Shown here: in pieces, positions 27,131 to 40,733 of the stretch
Layout of the letters: the number at the start of each line of letters is the position of its first letter
How positions within the stretch are numbered: position 1 is the stretch's first letter
DNA from: Octopus vulgaris
Taxonomy: Eukaryota
Reading direction: 5' to 3'
NCBI GenBank assembly: GCA_951406725.2
Contig: OX597814.1
Coordinates: 40,982,001-41,046,000 of the forward strand
DNA: 64,000 nucleotides
Notes under the pieces: model-generated
Databases searched by the model: none
Told to the model about the DNA's origin: nothing
The model's input: only the letters and a program-made list of their open reading frames with translations
Position numbers and translations under genes: made by a program

Positions 27131-27755
27131 ATATATATGTGTGTGTGTGTGTGTATGTGGGAGTGTGCCTGTGTGTGTGCGTCTCTGTGGGTGTGTATGC
27201 GTGTGCGTGTGCGTGTGTTTGTGTTAGTTCCAATGTGTACAAAGAACATACAAAATATATTGAAGAAATTTATCATCATTAAGCTTATTAATGTTGGCTG
27301 TTTGGCTCGACAAAAATTGCATTATCTTGTATGAAAGTAATCAAAGTATTACATCTGTCATTAATTGGTATTTAAGCATTTTATGTTGTGCGCAATATGT
27401 GTAGATATCAAATGAGATTTATATATTTGCGAAAAATTTATTTTAAATTAATAGATTGTTTTATTTTGAATGTTGATGTTATTTTGTTATTATGAATAAT
27501 TAATATGAATCTGAAAAATAGTTTTTCTATCTTTTTTTTTATTTTTCTGTCTGTCTGCATCTATGTCTGTCTCTCTTACTGTCTGCCTGTCTATCTATCT
27601 ATCTATCAATTTATCTATCCACCTATCTATCTATCTACATATGTGTGTCTATGTGTGTTTGTGTCTCTTTATATGTGTATGTGAATATATGTATACATAT
27701 CACTGTATAGAGGTATCTATACGTCTACCTAACTTTCTACCTATGTATCTATCTG

Positions 27756-27805
<50 letters not shown>

Positions 27806-27832
27806 AATCTATCAATGTGTCTCTCTCTCTCT

Positions 27833-27871
<39 letters not shown>

Positions 27872-27874
<3 letters not shown>

Positions 27875-28000
27875 TCGAAATTTAGAAAAAACAAAAGACG
27901 ATGACAGATTTGAAGCTCGGGAAGATGAGAAAGTATTTTACGTTTCGAGCCTACGTCCTTCAACACAAAAGGATACGCGTATATAAACAGACAGAGAATA
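27872..28000 (-). mobile_element. Short pLTR-like repeat (family B) with a decayed hammerhead-like motif at ~27935-27970
   Basis: Minus strand GTGTTGA-AGGACGTAGGCTC-GAAACGTA; homologous to 38840-38990 and 57030-57160. Confidence 0.55.
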
Positions 28001-28036
28001 ATAATAAAAAAACTTGAGAATCATGGGGACTTTGTG

Positions 28037-28097
<61 letters not shown>

Positions 28098-28116
28098 CAT
28101 ATATATATATACATAC

Positions 28117-28179
<63 letters not shown>

Positions 28180-28424
28180 ATCTAATGTAGGATAAAAATT
28201 TTTTGGGGAAAAATATTTTTATCCTACGTTAGTTATAAATTGAATAGTGTTCACATCCGGATTCTCTCACTCTGTGAAAGTTTCTATTTCGAATGAAGCG
28301 TGTCTCTAGATGTGCCGAATTTTTTCTAATTTGGATATATTTGGGGTACTTAGGTCTGCTCAGGACTTAGTACTTGCTTTTTCCATGGGTATGAGTAAGT
28401 ATTTCACTTATATCCCACGTATTT

Positions 28425-28482
28425 ATCGCTGAAGAGGGGAACATTCTTATGAATTAACCCCGAAATTGGGACCAATACGGAT
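28425..28482 (+). ncRNA. Type I hammerhead ribozyme, single copy
   Basis: CTGAAGA(28429)-GGGG...CCCC-GAAA-TTGG-GA-CCAA-TA. Helix III is a near-palindrome, the site is AUA and helix I is short (ATCG/CGGAT). Confidence 0.75.
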
Positions 28483-28597
28483 TTTTTAGAAATGTCTATC
28501 GGTTTGTTTCGAGACGCATAAATTATAATGGTTATTGACAATTTTTGTCTTTTTTTCGGCTAATTTGGCATTAGAAATTTTCTTTTGCCCTTATTTT

Positions 28598-28628
<31 letters not shown>

Positions 28629-31600
28629 ATATGTATTTATATATATGTGTGTGTATATATGTATATGCATATATACATATGCATGTACACATTTCGTTGA
28701 TTTTTGTATGGTTTGATACATTATTAACGTGAAGTTTGCAAACTTTGTCCATATATTTCGTTTTTGTATCTCCTTTGAAAGCGTGACTATTGACTCAGTC
28801 TGTTATATAGGCAGCATTTTTTTGCATGAGATTTTGTTGCGTATGTGCAGGTGCGTGGTAGGTGGTACGTATGTTTGTGTATGTACGTACGTATGAGAAT
28901 ATTCCGTTTTGTTTGAATAATTCTTACTAATAGTGAATGAGCTGGTTTGTAGCTCATATCGAATGTCTCCGTTATTTAAATCTCAACATCAATAGGGTAT
29001 TTATGCATGTATGTGTGTATGTACATACGTATGTATATATGTATGTATGTATGTAATTGCAATATGTATGTGATCATAACACCACGCTCCCACCAATGAA
29101 GTGTCTATATAGGCGGCACGGTTGATTCGCTGCGCCGCTACCGTGCCCACTTAGACTATTTCTCCTGACCAAATTCTAAATTATCTACATACGTAGTAAC
29201 TTATATACACAAACGTAAAACTCAAAATATTTCCTAAACTTTATTGCGTTCCATCGTAAGTGTAAATTATGTTCACGAGAACTTATAACCATCCTCTCAT
29301 TTTACCTTTGCAAAAAAACCACAACATTCTACCTCCGTCATAGCCTCCCCGCCCTCACAAGTGGTATTTTCCCATTTCTCTTCCTCAAAGACAAACGCTT
29401 AATGCTACTACCCCACTCATTTGGATGCTAACCTTTTAGCCCTCTCGCTATTTATCCACTTACTTCTATACAATTTCATACACCTCTGCCAACCATAGTA
29501 CTTACTATCCAATATCAACCCATATTCATTATCCAACTAAACACTGATATTTTTGACCACCAACTCAACACCACTCTGTCCACTAACTCTATCGTCTCTC
29601 ATACATTTATACACATCTTAGTAATCTCCCTCTGTAACTGAACTTTACACTTCCCTTCCCTCAAATAATTGCCATTCCTTTGTCTCACTGTCTCAACCCA
29701 TATATCTATAGTTCTCTTTAATAAACTCAACAATATAAACTACCATTCGAATACTATCTACCCGAACGCCCTATTCATCATCTTACTTTCTACCTCTACT
29801 ACAACACCCTTAGCAACCTCATTCTTAACCTCTCATTCTTCTTCAACTATCTTTTTTTCTCTCACTATTCTCTGTTATAATACCGACCAGCCCCCCTTCT
29901 CATATGTAGAAATATTCTTTTAGCAAATGGAGTGAATCGAAAACAATGTGTCGACAATTCTTTTATTTTATTTCACATTTGTAACGTATGGTTTGGTATA
30001 TCACATATAATTCCTCACTGATTTATATACGACGGCATCGCAATTTTAACAATAACAACATCGCAACAATACGGCAGAATTCCTTCGTAAACTATAATAA
30101 ACAGTGATTGTAAAAATAACATACAACAAATGAATGCAGAAATATTGTTCTTTCAAGGAGCAAATAAATATCTTGTCTACTGAAATTGAGTATGTACAGT
30201 TTAGTTACCGATTATAACTGACCGGAAAATATTCATCAAACGTGAATTAGTAATTAACTTTTTGGGTAATATTTCTTAAAATTTACACGTTATGATCACT
30301 CTTTCAGATTATCGAATTTTTACGATAGACAAAATTGTGAGTCAATGTTACACACCATTAAGTGAAATACATTTTTAATATCTGCACACAGTATTTAGAT
30401 AGGCGAGAATCTAATTTATGATTAATGGACGAAATTTTGATCACTATTCATAGCCAATTAAAATATCATCGATTGCAATTAAACCCGACAAAACAAGAAA
30501 AGATGAAGGCAAAAATGAAATAATATCATACTATTTTACTTCTAAATCAAGTACTTAGAATCTGACGTAGAAAGAATTAAAAAACCATTAGTTTTATTTA
30601 TGAATTAAAATTTATATCTTGTATCTAATAATTCAATAATATAGTAGCTCTTTCAAAGAATATAATAATGTTAAAAATAATTTGCATCAACACTGCTACA
30701 AATGATATTGAGAATTATTTTAGAATTAGCCAGAAGGTTCCGTATGTATGACACAATACGTACCAAACAAAATAGTTGTACACATATACACACGCACACA
30801 TATACACACCTGATAAAGTGAATGTTGGCGTAAAAGTCCTATATGCTGTATTAATCATTTCCATGCCTTGTAATACTAATATATATATATATATATATAA
30901 ATGCAAGTAATTTATATCAGTCCAAGACCGCTGACTACGTAGAATCAATAAGTGCTAACACATCCTAGTATATTCCGTACCAATTATTTTCTCCAAAAGT
31001 TGATATTGAAAGATTGTCCGAGAAATCTTGGCCTAATGCGACCCCATTTCCGAGCACGTGATGCCACAATTTTCGCAATATTTCCTGGTATGTTTTCTAT
31101 CAACCATTTTTTTTTATCATATATAATATAATTTGAATCTTTTGTTTCACACCTTTGTCTGAATCCGCACCATAATATGAGCAATTATTGATTAACCAAG
31201 CAAATACTCAACATAAGAACAATGCAAGTTTCACCTATATTAGTGTCCAGTTTCCCCTAATGTTAGCCATCCGCGTTTTGTTTTCACTAGTCGCATCATT
31301 TTCTTGTAGTACACATTTTACCCAACCCACCTAAATGTGGATGTTATGCTGGGACAAACTATAAAGGGGTAGATACCGCAGTATTATATTTTTCAAATAC
31401 TATTTCTAGCTGTCGAGCTTGTATCATTGCCAAGATCAAGGAAAGTGGAAATCACGTGATCTTGTGATCTCGGTGCTGGAGATAACGGTGATTTATCTCA
31501 CCGCTAACAAGATAAATAATGGTCCATGTTGCACCAAAATACAATATGAGAAATTCTTCCAGGAAAACTACAGTCATATGATGTGATCTAACAGAACATC

Positions 31601-32787
31601 CATTTTTAAGTGATCATACATATTACCTCTTAGTAAAAATGTTGTCTCTAATATTTATTTTTAATGTACACTTCTCTAGTAATTCTCACCACCACACAAT
31701 AATGTATTGCAGTTACTTGAAGCATCTGATTTGTTCTGAAATGAATTATGAAATCGTTTGATATATCGGTCTCCGTCCACGAGCATTAGACTTCTTATGA
31801 AATACGAGAGGTTATATTTTATTCTGTATCATATTCACTCGGAAATAGGAAGGTTGTAACACGTAAATAGTGGAATAAACAGACATGATTTCATATATGA
31901 TGCTACGAGTTGCTTGTGAGCGTGATGCTGCAGGCTTGATATAGTATATTTCCGTCGTTTGCTGAGAGTTTGACACTCATAAGGCATTTATTATTATATA
32001 AACAGATACATAGCACTGCATTACCAGTCACATTGTACTCCTCACCAATTTGCTCACCTTAAATGTCCGCAGATCCACTTTATCTTTGAGTGATCATGAT
32101 GACATACTAAATTAATCCAATCCCATGATATGGGTCGTCACTACCCCCTTAAAAATGGTACTTAATATTGTTCAAATTGGTGATTAACCGAGATTTGACA
32201 TCTGTTATTTCAGTGGTCCAGCAGAATTACCAATATAATGCCTTTCAAGAATGTGATGGTAAGATATATTCAAGTTTTAAGACGGTCAAAGTATACCCTT
32301 TCTCATGGAAAAGATATGTCCCACTAGTTTGACTTTCAACAAACAGATCACAACACCGTATCTTAAAGCTAACATAGTGACGAAGTCCACATTAGATAAA
32401 TCGGAAATCAATGACACAAATGTGGAATGCAATAACATACAATTTGAAAACACATGTAATCAACAACAGCATTAAATGCGTTGAAGCCATGGTCAATTAA
32501 TCTACTAAAGCTACAAAAACGATATGTTTCTTTAAAGACAGACCTGCTACGATGGACGCTGACAGTCAGAAGATTAACGTTAAAAGCTTGAAGCATCACC
32601 TTAATGATATAAGGAAAGTCTTATTTGTATTCCATACGATAAGGTTATTCTGAAATAGGAGTTGCGATTCTATAGGTAAAATCCCGAAATTGTAATAATA
32701 TTATAAATGATACTATTTATATTGCATTAGTAAAGTGTAAAATAGTAAATGTTCTGATAACCTGGAATACTTATTATTCCCTAAGGC

Positions 32788-32837
<50 letters not shown>

Positions 32838-32864
32838 TATACATATATATATATACATACATAC

Positions 32865-32955
<91 letters not shown>

Positions 32956-33069
32956 GCACATTAGAACACGGAGAGGATAATCAATCGACAAACACCAGCC
33001 TTTAGGAATTTATGTATAAGTAATCAAAATAAACAAAGTAATAAGAATAAATTAGTGAAAAATACTAAG

Positions 33070-33213
33070 CTCTTACACCTGTTTCTACTATGGGGTTGCC
33101 CAATCTGCCAATTTTTGCACATCATGTCAGTAATATATAGGGATGTTACAGAGGTTGAACAAACATTGGACAAGCATTGGACAAAGTCTGAGTCCCAAAG
33201 TTACATCAGAGAG
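33070..33213 (-). ncRNA. Decayed type I hammerhead with long loop II
   Basis: CTCT-CTGATGT-AACTTTGGG...CCCATAGTA-GAAA-CAGGTG-TA-AGAG; one core mismatch. Confidence 0.6.
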
Positions 33214-33407
33214 ATTAGAATTTTAGCAATATAACATAAGAGAAAGTAAGGTAAAATAATAAAATAAAATTTTAAAAAACATAATAGAAATAGTAAGTAC
33301 AATTAAAAACGATTCACACAAACGCAGACATACACTCATACACACACAGAGATATATACATACATATATATATATATACATATATATACATATATGTACA
33401 TATATAC

Positions 33408-33439
<32 letters not shown>

Positions 33440-33508
33440 TCAAATATATATATACATATATATATACATATACATATATATATATATATATTACATATAT
33501 ATACATAT

Positions 33509-33551
<43 letters not shown>

Positions 33552-34231
33552 CGAACACGTAGATAAATAGGTAGATAGATAGATAGATAGATAGACAGAA
33601 CTGGATTATTACATACACACATGCTTACGTACATATATACAAAGACGAAATATCTTATCATAAGTTGTAAGAGCTTAGTACTTTTCACTCATTTATTCTT
33701 ATTCGTTTTTTTATTCATATTTATGTGTTTATTTACTCGCTTATTTCTTTATTTCATTTGTTTATTTGGATTACTTATAAATGTATGTTGGATCGTTTCA
33801 CTTTCATCGGTAGATCGAGAAAATATTTTTTTGTAACTAAACACTTTCGGACACTGTTAGAATCTGTCATATAAAACGTATTTTAATCTTAGCGTTCTTG
33901 AGAAAGTTTTCTATTTACGTCGTTATTTCGTGTTAAAGTTGTCGAATTTCGGTAATTTCAACCAATCAATGACGTATATTCAGCTGAATAAAATTGCAGT
34001 AAATGACATTGCTAGAAATGCAGGTAAAGAAGTGAGTTGTATGATAGTATGATAGGGACTTCGATGGTGCCTGCGAAGATGGTAGTTTTGAAGAGGTTGT
34101 GGCAGGTGCGGGAGCGTGGGCAGAGGAACGAGCCAGTTTGTGAGGTGTGGTTAGGGAAGAAACCGTAGACCAGGAGGTCTCGTATACACACACACACACA
34201 CACACTCACACACACTTCTATATATTGTTGT

Positions 34232-34737
34232 GACACCCTTCCGTCATGAATGACCGTGGGATTGCAACTAGAAAGTTACCCTCCGAGGCACAAGTCTGGG
34301 CAAGGTTTTTTTATGGAAGACCAGCTGTCGCCCAATCATGCAAGCCTCCCCTCTCCATGCCACCGATGTTATCCAAGGGAAAGGCAACGGCCCAAAGGAC
34401 TTGGCACCAGTGACATCGCAGATCATTTGTTTACGTGCAAGTGGCTGAGCACTCCTCAGACACGCGTCACCTTAACGTAGTACTCGGGGAGATTCAGCGT
34501 GACACAAACTGTGACAAGGCTGGTCCTTTGAAATACAGGTACAACAGAAGCAGAAAGAAAGAGTGAGAAAAAATTGTGGTGAGAGAGTACAGCAGGGTTC
34601 ACCACCACCCCTGCCGGGACCCCGTGGTGCTTTAGGTGTTTTTGCTCAATTAACACTTACAATGCCCAGTCTGGGAATGGAAACCGCGATCCTACGACCT
34701 TGAGTTCGCTACCCTAACCACTGGGCCATTGCGCCTC
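34232..34737 (-). mobile_element. tRNA-derived SINE related to family 1, with a longer body
   Basis: Head GGCGCAATGGCCCAGTGGTTAGGG; 3' half matches 4150-4320 and 58205-58400. Confidence 0.85.
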
Positions 34738-34758
34738 CATATATATATATATATATAT

Positions 34759-34802
<44 letters not shown>

Positions 34803-34821
34803 TATATATATATATATATAT

Positions 34822-34908
<87 letters not shown>

Positions 34909-35500
34909 TATGTATGTATAATCATTATGTTTTCTACATTGTATACATCTATAAAAAATTGGTTAAAATGTCTGAAAATTTATCTGAATTGTACAACTAC
35001 ATTTTGGGAAGAAAGTTCTATCACCGTGTGAACATCATAAATATATTTATAAATATATCGATTCGTATTTTCTTAGTTTCATTACATTTCAAAAAAATTA
35101 TATAAATGCAATAATAGAAAATATTTTCTCTAATATCTCTTGCAAAGTATATTAAAAACGAATTATGTAGACACATTTTACAGGAGACAGTTTATTATAG
35201 TGTGTTATATGTGGTAATTTTTGTTAAGTGTTGAATTATACGGAAGCCATCCAGTATTCTATGATATATAAATATATGTGTTGAAGAATGTGATGACAAT
35301 AAAGCAATAATAACCCATCTTTGTAAACTAATGCTTATTGCTAGTTATCATTAAAAGACGTATAACCACATACATATATTCATAGTAATACACACATAAA
35401 CATATATGTATAGTCACACATACACACATATATTCAGAAACATTCATGTATGAATAACATTTAAAAAAAAGATACACACACACACTCACACAGACACACG

Positions 35501-35530
<30 letters not shown>

Positions 35531-35535
<5 letters not shown>

Positions 35536-37470
35536 TATATAGAAGATTCTACAGGACTAGTACTGTTTATTCAAAGAAATCTTCAAAGTATTTAACAATT
35601 GTATAGCATTTATACATTTAGGCAGGTTAAGAGTGGTGGTGGGGACTTTTGGGGTAGGCATACGCAAAATATCATGAGTGGTCAAGGAGTCAGTGTAGTT
35701 AATGAAAGAATAATAAATAAAAAAAATAAAAAAAAAAATAAAAAATAAAAAGTGTATATTGTTTTTTGCGTATGTATACATGTATATGTGTTTGTATGTG
35801 TGTGTGTGTGTGTTTTTTTTTTTTGTGTATATATATGTATATATATATATATGCATACATGTGTATGTACATGTATATATATGTATGCGTATGTGTACGT
35901 ATGTGTATGTACATGTATATATGTATGTGTGTATATGTATATATGTTTATATATGTGAGTATGTATATATTATATGTTGTATGTATGTATGTGTATCAGT
36001 GTATATGTATGTATGTGTGTGTGTATGTATATGTATGTATATGTGTATATATGTATGTGTATATGTGTATATATATATATATATGTATGTATGTGTATAT
36101 GTGTGTATGTATGTGTATGTGTATGTATGTGTATATATATCTATATATGTTTTGTTTTTTTTTTTTTTTGAGTGCGTGTGTGTATGTATGATATATGTAT
36201 GTATGCATGTATATGTGTATGTATATATGTGTGGTGTGTGCATATATGTATGTGTATGTGTGCGTGTATGTATGTTGCACGTGTATATATGTGTGTGTGT
36301 GTATATATGGATGCGGTGCGTGTGTGCGTGCATGGGTACCATGTATATGTGTATGTGGTGTATGGTTCGTGTTGTATGTATGTGTGTGGTAGATTTGTAT
36401 ATGTATGTGTGAGTGTGTATATATATATATATATATATACATATATAGATGGGTGTGTGTATGCGTATAAATGCATGTAAGTATGGATGTATGATGTATG
36501 TATGTATGTATACGTATGTTGTGTGTATGTGTGTATGTATATATATATGTGTGTATTTGTTTGTGTATGTGTTATATATGTGTATGTATGTGTGTGTATA
36601 TGTATGTGTGTGTGTATGTTGTGTTTTTTTTTTTTTTTTTTATATATATATATATATATATCTGTATGTAGGAGTATATATGTGTGTGTGTTATGTATAG
36701 GTATATATATATATATATTTATTGGTGTATGTATAGACTACTTAAGACACGATCTGTAGGTACAGTGCGTTTGTATATATGAACGTAGATGTTTGTATGT
36801 ATGAATATAACGCGTGTACGTGTATGTGTGAGTGTACAATGGGTAATGTAGTGCTAATGAGTGTGCGTGGGGAATGAGTACTTGCCTAGTAGACAGACAA
36901 ATGGACATGCAGCCATTGCGCTAGCCCTAGCGATCAAAGATAACAAAGTAATAATGGATAATAAAATTAAAATTAGGAATGGCCGTATTGGATTGTATAT
37001 ATATATGTATATGTATATTTGTATTATGTTTGTGTATGTGTAGGTATGTTTTTTTTTTTTTTTTTGTGTGTATATATATGTGTATGTATGTATGTGTGTA
37101 GATACGTATACATGTGTATGGTATATGAGAATTCTATTTCATGCTTCCCCTTTTTATATATATTATTTTTTATATATATTTTTATATATATTTTTTATAT
37201 ATTTTTTTATATTTTATTTTTATTTTTTTATTTTATTTTATTTTTTTTTTTTTTTTATTTTATTTTATTTTATTTATTTTTTTTATTTATCTATCTTCAT
37301 CTAACTTACCACTGACTCCTTGACCACTCCCCAGTATGATATTTTGCGCTATGCCTACCCCCAAAAAGTCCCCACCACACTCCTTTAAACCTGCCTAAAT
37401 TATAATCATTTTGTTATACTCCTGATTTCTTGAATGAAACATACTAGTCTGTAGCTCCTTCTATAATAAA
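35531..37470. mobile_element. Inverted pair of ~220-bp pLTR-like arms (35531-35750 minus, ~37240-37470 plus) around a TATG-rich spacer
   Basis: The arms are reverse complements with many small indels. Their combined consensus gives CTGAAGA-TTTCTTGAAT-GAAAC-AGTACT-A-GTC. Confidence 0.75.
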
Positions 37471-37493
37471 TTAATTTTACTCTGCTGAGAGAG

Positions 37494-37541
<48 letters not shown>

Positions 37542-38651
37542 TGGTGAAGAGAGAAGAAGAGAAGCAACAGAGGACGATAGATAGAAAGAGGTAGAGATGT
37601 AATGAGACTATTCTAACGAAAGCAAGGCAAAATAGAGTAAATATTTTTTTTTTTGTTTTTCAAATTGCGCAGACTGCTAATCTTAGACTCCCATTAGAGT
37701 AAATGATCTTCCTGCCATCTATCATTACAGACAACTTTTGTGTTAGAAGCAACAGAAACACGAGTCGATTACTTCTTGTCAAATACTGATACCACCTGCA
37801 CAACACCAACTAAATCTAAACGGTTACTTACGAATGTATGTCCACGGAATTGCAAACAAGCAAGTGTGTCCCTGAACACGGATCACCTGCGAGTACACGA
37901 ACTGATTAGTGCGGGAAGGAGGTACAAACTGAAATATGGACGCAAATCAAAACAGAAGCCACAAGGCGATTTTGATTGTATATGTTCAAACTGATTAGCT
38001 CGACAGTTGATCCTTGATTTGTAGGAGAGAAGGCAAGCCAGTTCTAAACGGATGGGAATCTTGGTGGAAACATAAGATGATCACTTATATGTGAAGTAGA
38101 GGGGGAAAGAGTGCGTATCATTATGATGCGAAGTCGGTGACGCAGTCTATAGAATAGTGATCATCGTTATTTTTTTTCCAAAATAACTTCACATTGAGTC
38201 ATAATATGAGGATGTACGTAAGCTACGAGAGCTAAAATGAAAGGATAAGTGATCTAAGAAAACAAGTAGACTAAACTGGTGGCAAATACATCGAAAAATA
38301 TTCTCATTGACCATAACAATTCGTGTGGAAATCAGTGCTGGCAATAAATAAGGCAAACAGCAGATTAGATTTTGATCTCTGACCCAAAATATATCCCTCA
38401 CCTAGTCGTGTCTCGCTTCCATCTCTAAAATCCAGAGAATGCACACATTCATGGACAAACCACGAGAGACTGGGGATATGAAAAACGGTGCATATGCATG
38501 GCGTGCGAAGACTATTGATTTTGCTTTTCTATAGAAATTGGCAATTTCTATAGAATTTTCTATAGAAATTCTACAGAAATTGCCAATTTCAGCGATCAAT
38601 GTCAATTGATTTCAACAATATCATTTTCATATATATGTTTGTGCATGCACG

Positions 38652-38705
<54 letters not shown>

Positions 38706-38839
38706 GGTATGTAGAAAAATACAACATGGACAAGAACGTATAACTCTTAGAAGACGACACAATAAACACGGACAGGACATTCGAAACCCTCAGTCTTCAG
38801 TCAAGAACCGGATCATCGTAGTAATTTCATATATATATA

Positions 38840-39600
38840 GTTGAAATTTACAGAAAATTCAAAAGACGAAGACAGGTGTATGAACAACAATCAGGGGTAA
38901 CTTTTGACGCTCGGAAGAGTAAGAAGGCCTCTTACATTTCGAGTATACGTTCTTCAACATAAAAGAATATGAGGAAAGAAACAGAGAATGACTAGTTGGG
39001 AAAAAAATAGTTTCACAGGAGAGCTAGCTAGAAGGGAGATAATAAAATACCGGTGATCCCAAAACTAAGGTGCGCATGCGTGTGTGTATGTGAGAGTGTG
39101 TCGGTGTGTGTGTATGGATAGGGGCTAGTGAGTTTCATATGTGGATGTGTGCGTTTGTATTGTGTGGCTGTGTGGATGGCGTGTGTGTGTGCGGTTGATG
39201 GTTTGGTAGTGTGCGAAAATGGGGGTTGATGGGAAGTGGTCAGGTCCAGTGTGCTTGGAGTGGTGTGGGTGGTATGACAGTGGGTGAGAGTGTGATTTGA
39301 GGGTGGGGTATGTGTGAGGTGAGGATTATGAGTGAGGATGTGGGTATGAGGTGAAGATGTGGGAGTGTAGGTGTGAGTTAGGGGTTGGTAGGTAGGAGTG
39401 GAATGTGTTGGGATGGGATGTGGACGGAGGGAGTATCTATGTATACAGTAGTTGGATAGGAGTGAAGAGAGGAAGCAGGTGTCATAGCAAGAGAAGAGAG
39501 GGGGGCAGGAGTGAACAAAGGAATTAGGTTTTATATTCCTTCGAGCTGTGCGGATAATACCGGATAGATTGAACTTAAGTACAAAATTCAACTCAATATT
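38840..39600 (-). mobile_element. Family B pLTR-like element with a strand-biased G/T-rich (plus strand) body
   Basis: Left end homologous to 27872-28000, with a decayed HHR-like motif at ~38930-38965. The 187-aa H/T/P-rich ORF is compositional. Confidence 0.5.
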
Positions 39601-39610
39601 ATCTCTCTCA

Positions 39611-39670
<60 letters not shown>

Positions 39671-39674
39671 CACC

Positions 39675-40365
39675 TTGACAGACCAGTCTGTCAGGTGTCT
39701 ATTTAACACCTCTGGTCACAGTAAGCTGTCCACTCCTCTCTGGATCGCGCCTTTCTCATCCACGTGATCCCATTCGTCCTCCTGAAATCGTAATTCCACC
39801 GTCGTGGAGGTCTTCCGGATGGTCGTTTCCGCTCGCGCCGGTACCACTCGAGAACTGCGCGGTTCCAACGATTATCGGTGAGCAGGGCGACGTGTCCAGC
39901 CCATCTAAACTTGCTGCGTGTATACTCTGCGATGACATCCCTCACGCCGGACTTCTTTCAGATGATCTCGCTACTGATGTGCTCTCTCAACGAGATACCA
40001 AGCTTTGACCTTTCCATGGTTCTTTGAGCCGTTACCAGTCTCTGCATTTCTCTTTGTGGTAGCCCATGTTTCACTACCATATACCATTGCAGGTAGAACT
40101 GTACTGTTGATGAGGTTGGCGCGGGTGGTCCTGTCCAACCTTCCTTTGAGCATATCCCTTATGCCATTAAACGCCTTCCATCCGGCCCTTACTCACCGTG
40201 AGATCTTTTCGATATCTCGGCACATATTTACTTCCTGTCCCAGGTAGACATATTCGTTTATCTCCTCTATTTCATCACTGCCGATCACCATTCGACCTGT
40301 TGGTACGTTGTCTCACCACATGAACTTCGTTTTCATGCGGTTCATCTTGAGACCTACTCAGAACT
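39675..40365 (-). mobile_element. RTE-clade LINE 3' fragment
   Basis: YVYLGQEV, VLPAMVYGSETW, KFRWAGHVA..TDNRW...LEWY....KRPSGRPPRRW. Confidence 0.92.
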
Positions 40366-40679
40366 TTATGATATATATATATATATATTATATATATATA
40401 TATATATATAAAATTCAGATTCAGTTGAATTAGGTACTTAATTTGAAGCACCAAATCAGTGCAGTATTGTCCGTACAACTTTTTTCTCACTTTCTGCTCT
40501 ATTAGAAAATGTAAGTAAAATTATATTAACGTGTACAACCAATTTAAAAAGCTTCATTTATTTATGCACCTGAGGATAGCCCAGCATTTCAATTTACGTA
40601 ATGATTGCATATTACTCTACCCCTGGTATTCGAGTACTCTTTTTTTCCAACCTTGTTTCACATTTATGTGTTTACTCCA

Positions 40680-40733
<54 letters not shown>

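Noticed and set aside
37740-37994. 84-aa ORF of ordinary composition
   Set aside because: No recognisable domain or splice context; length is within chance expectation
40566-40600. Orphan CTGAGGA in a (TA)n-flanked island
   Set aside because: No GAAA or closing helix downstream
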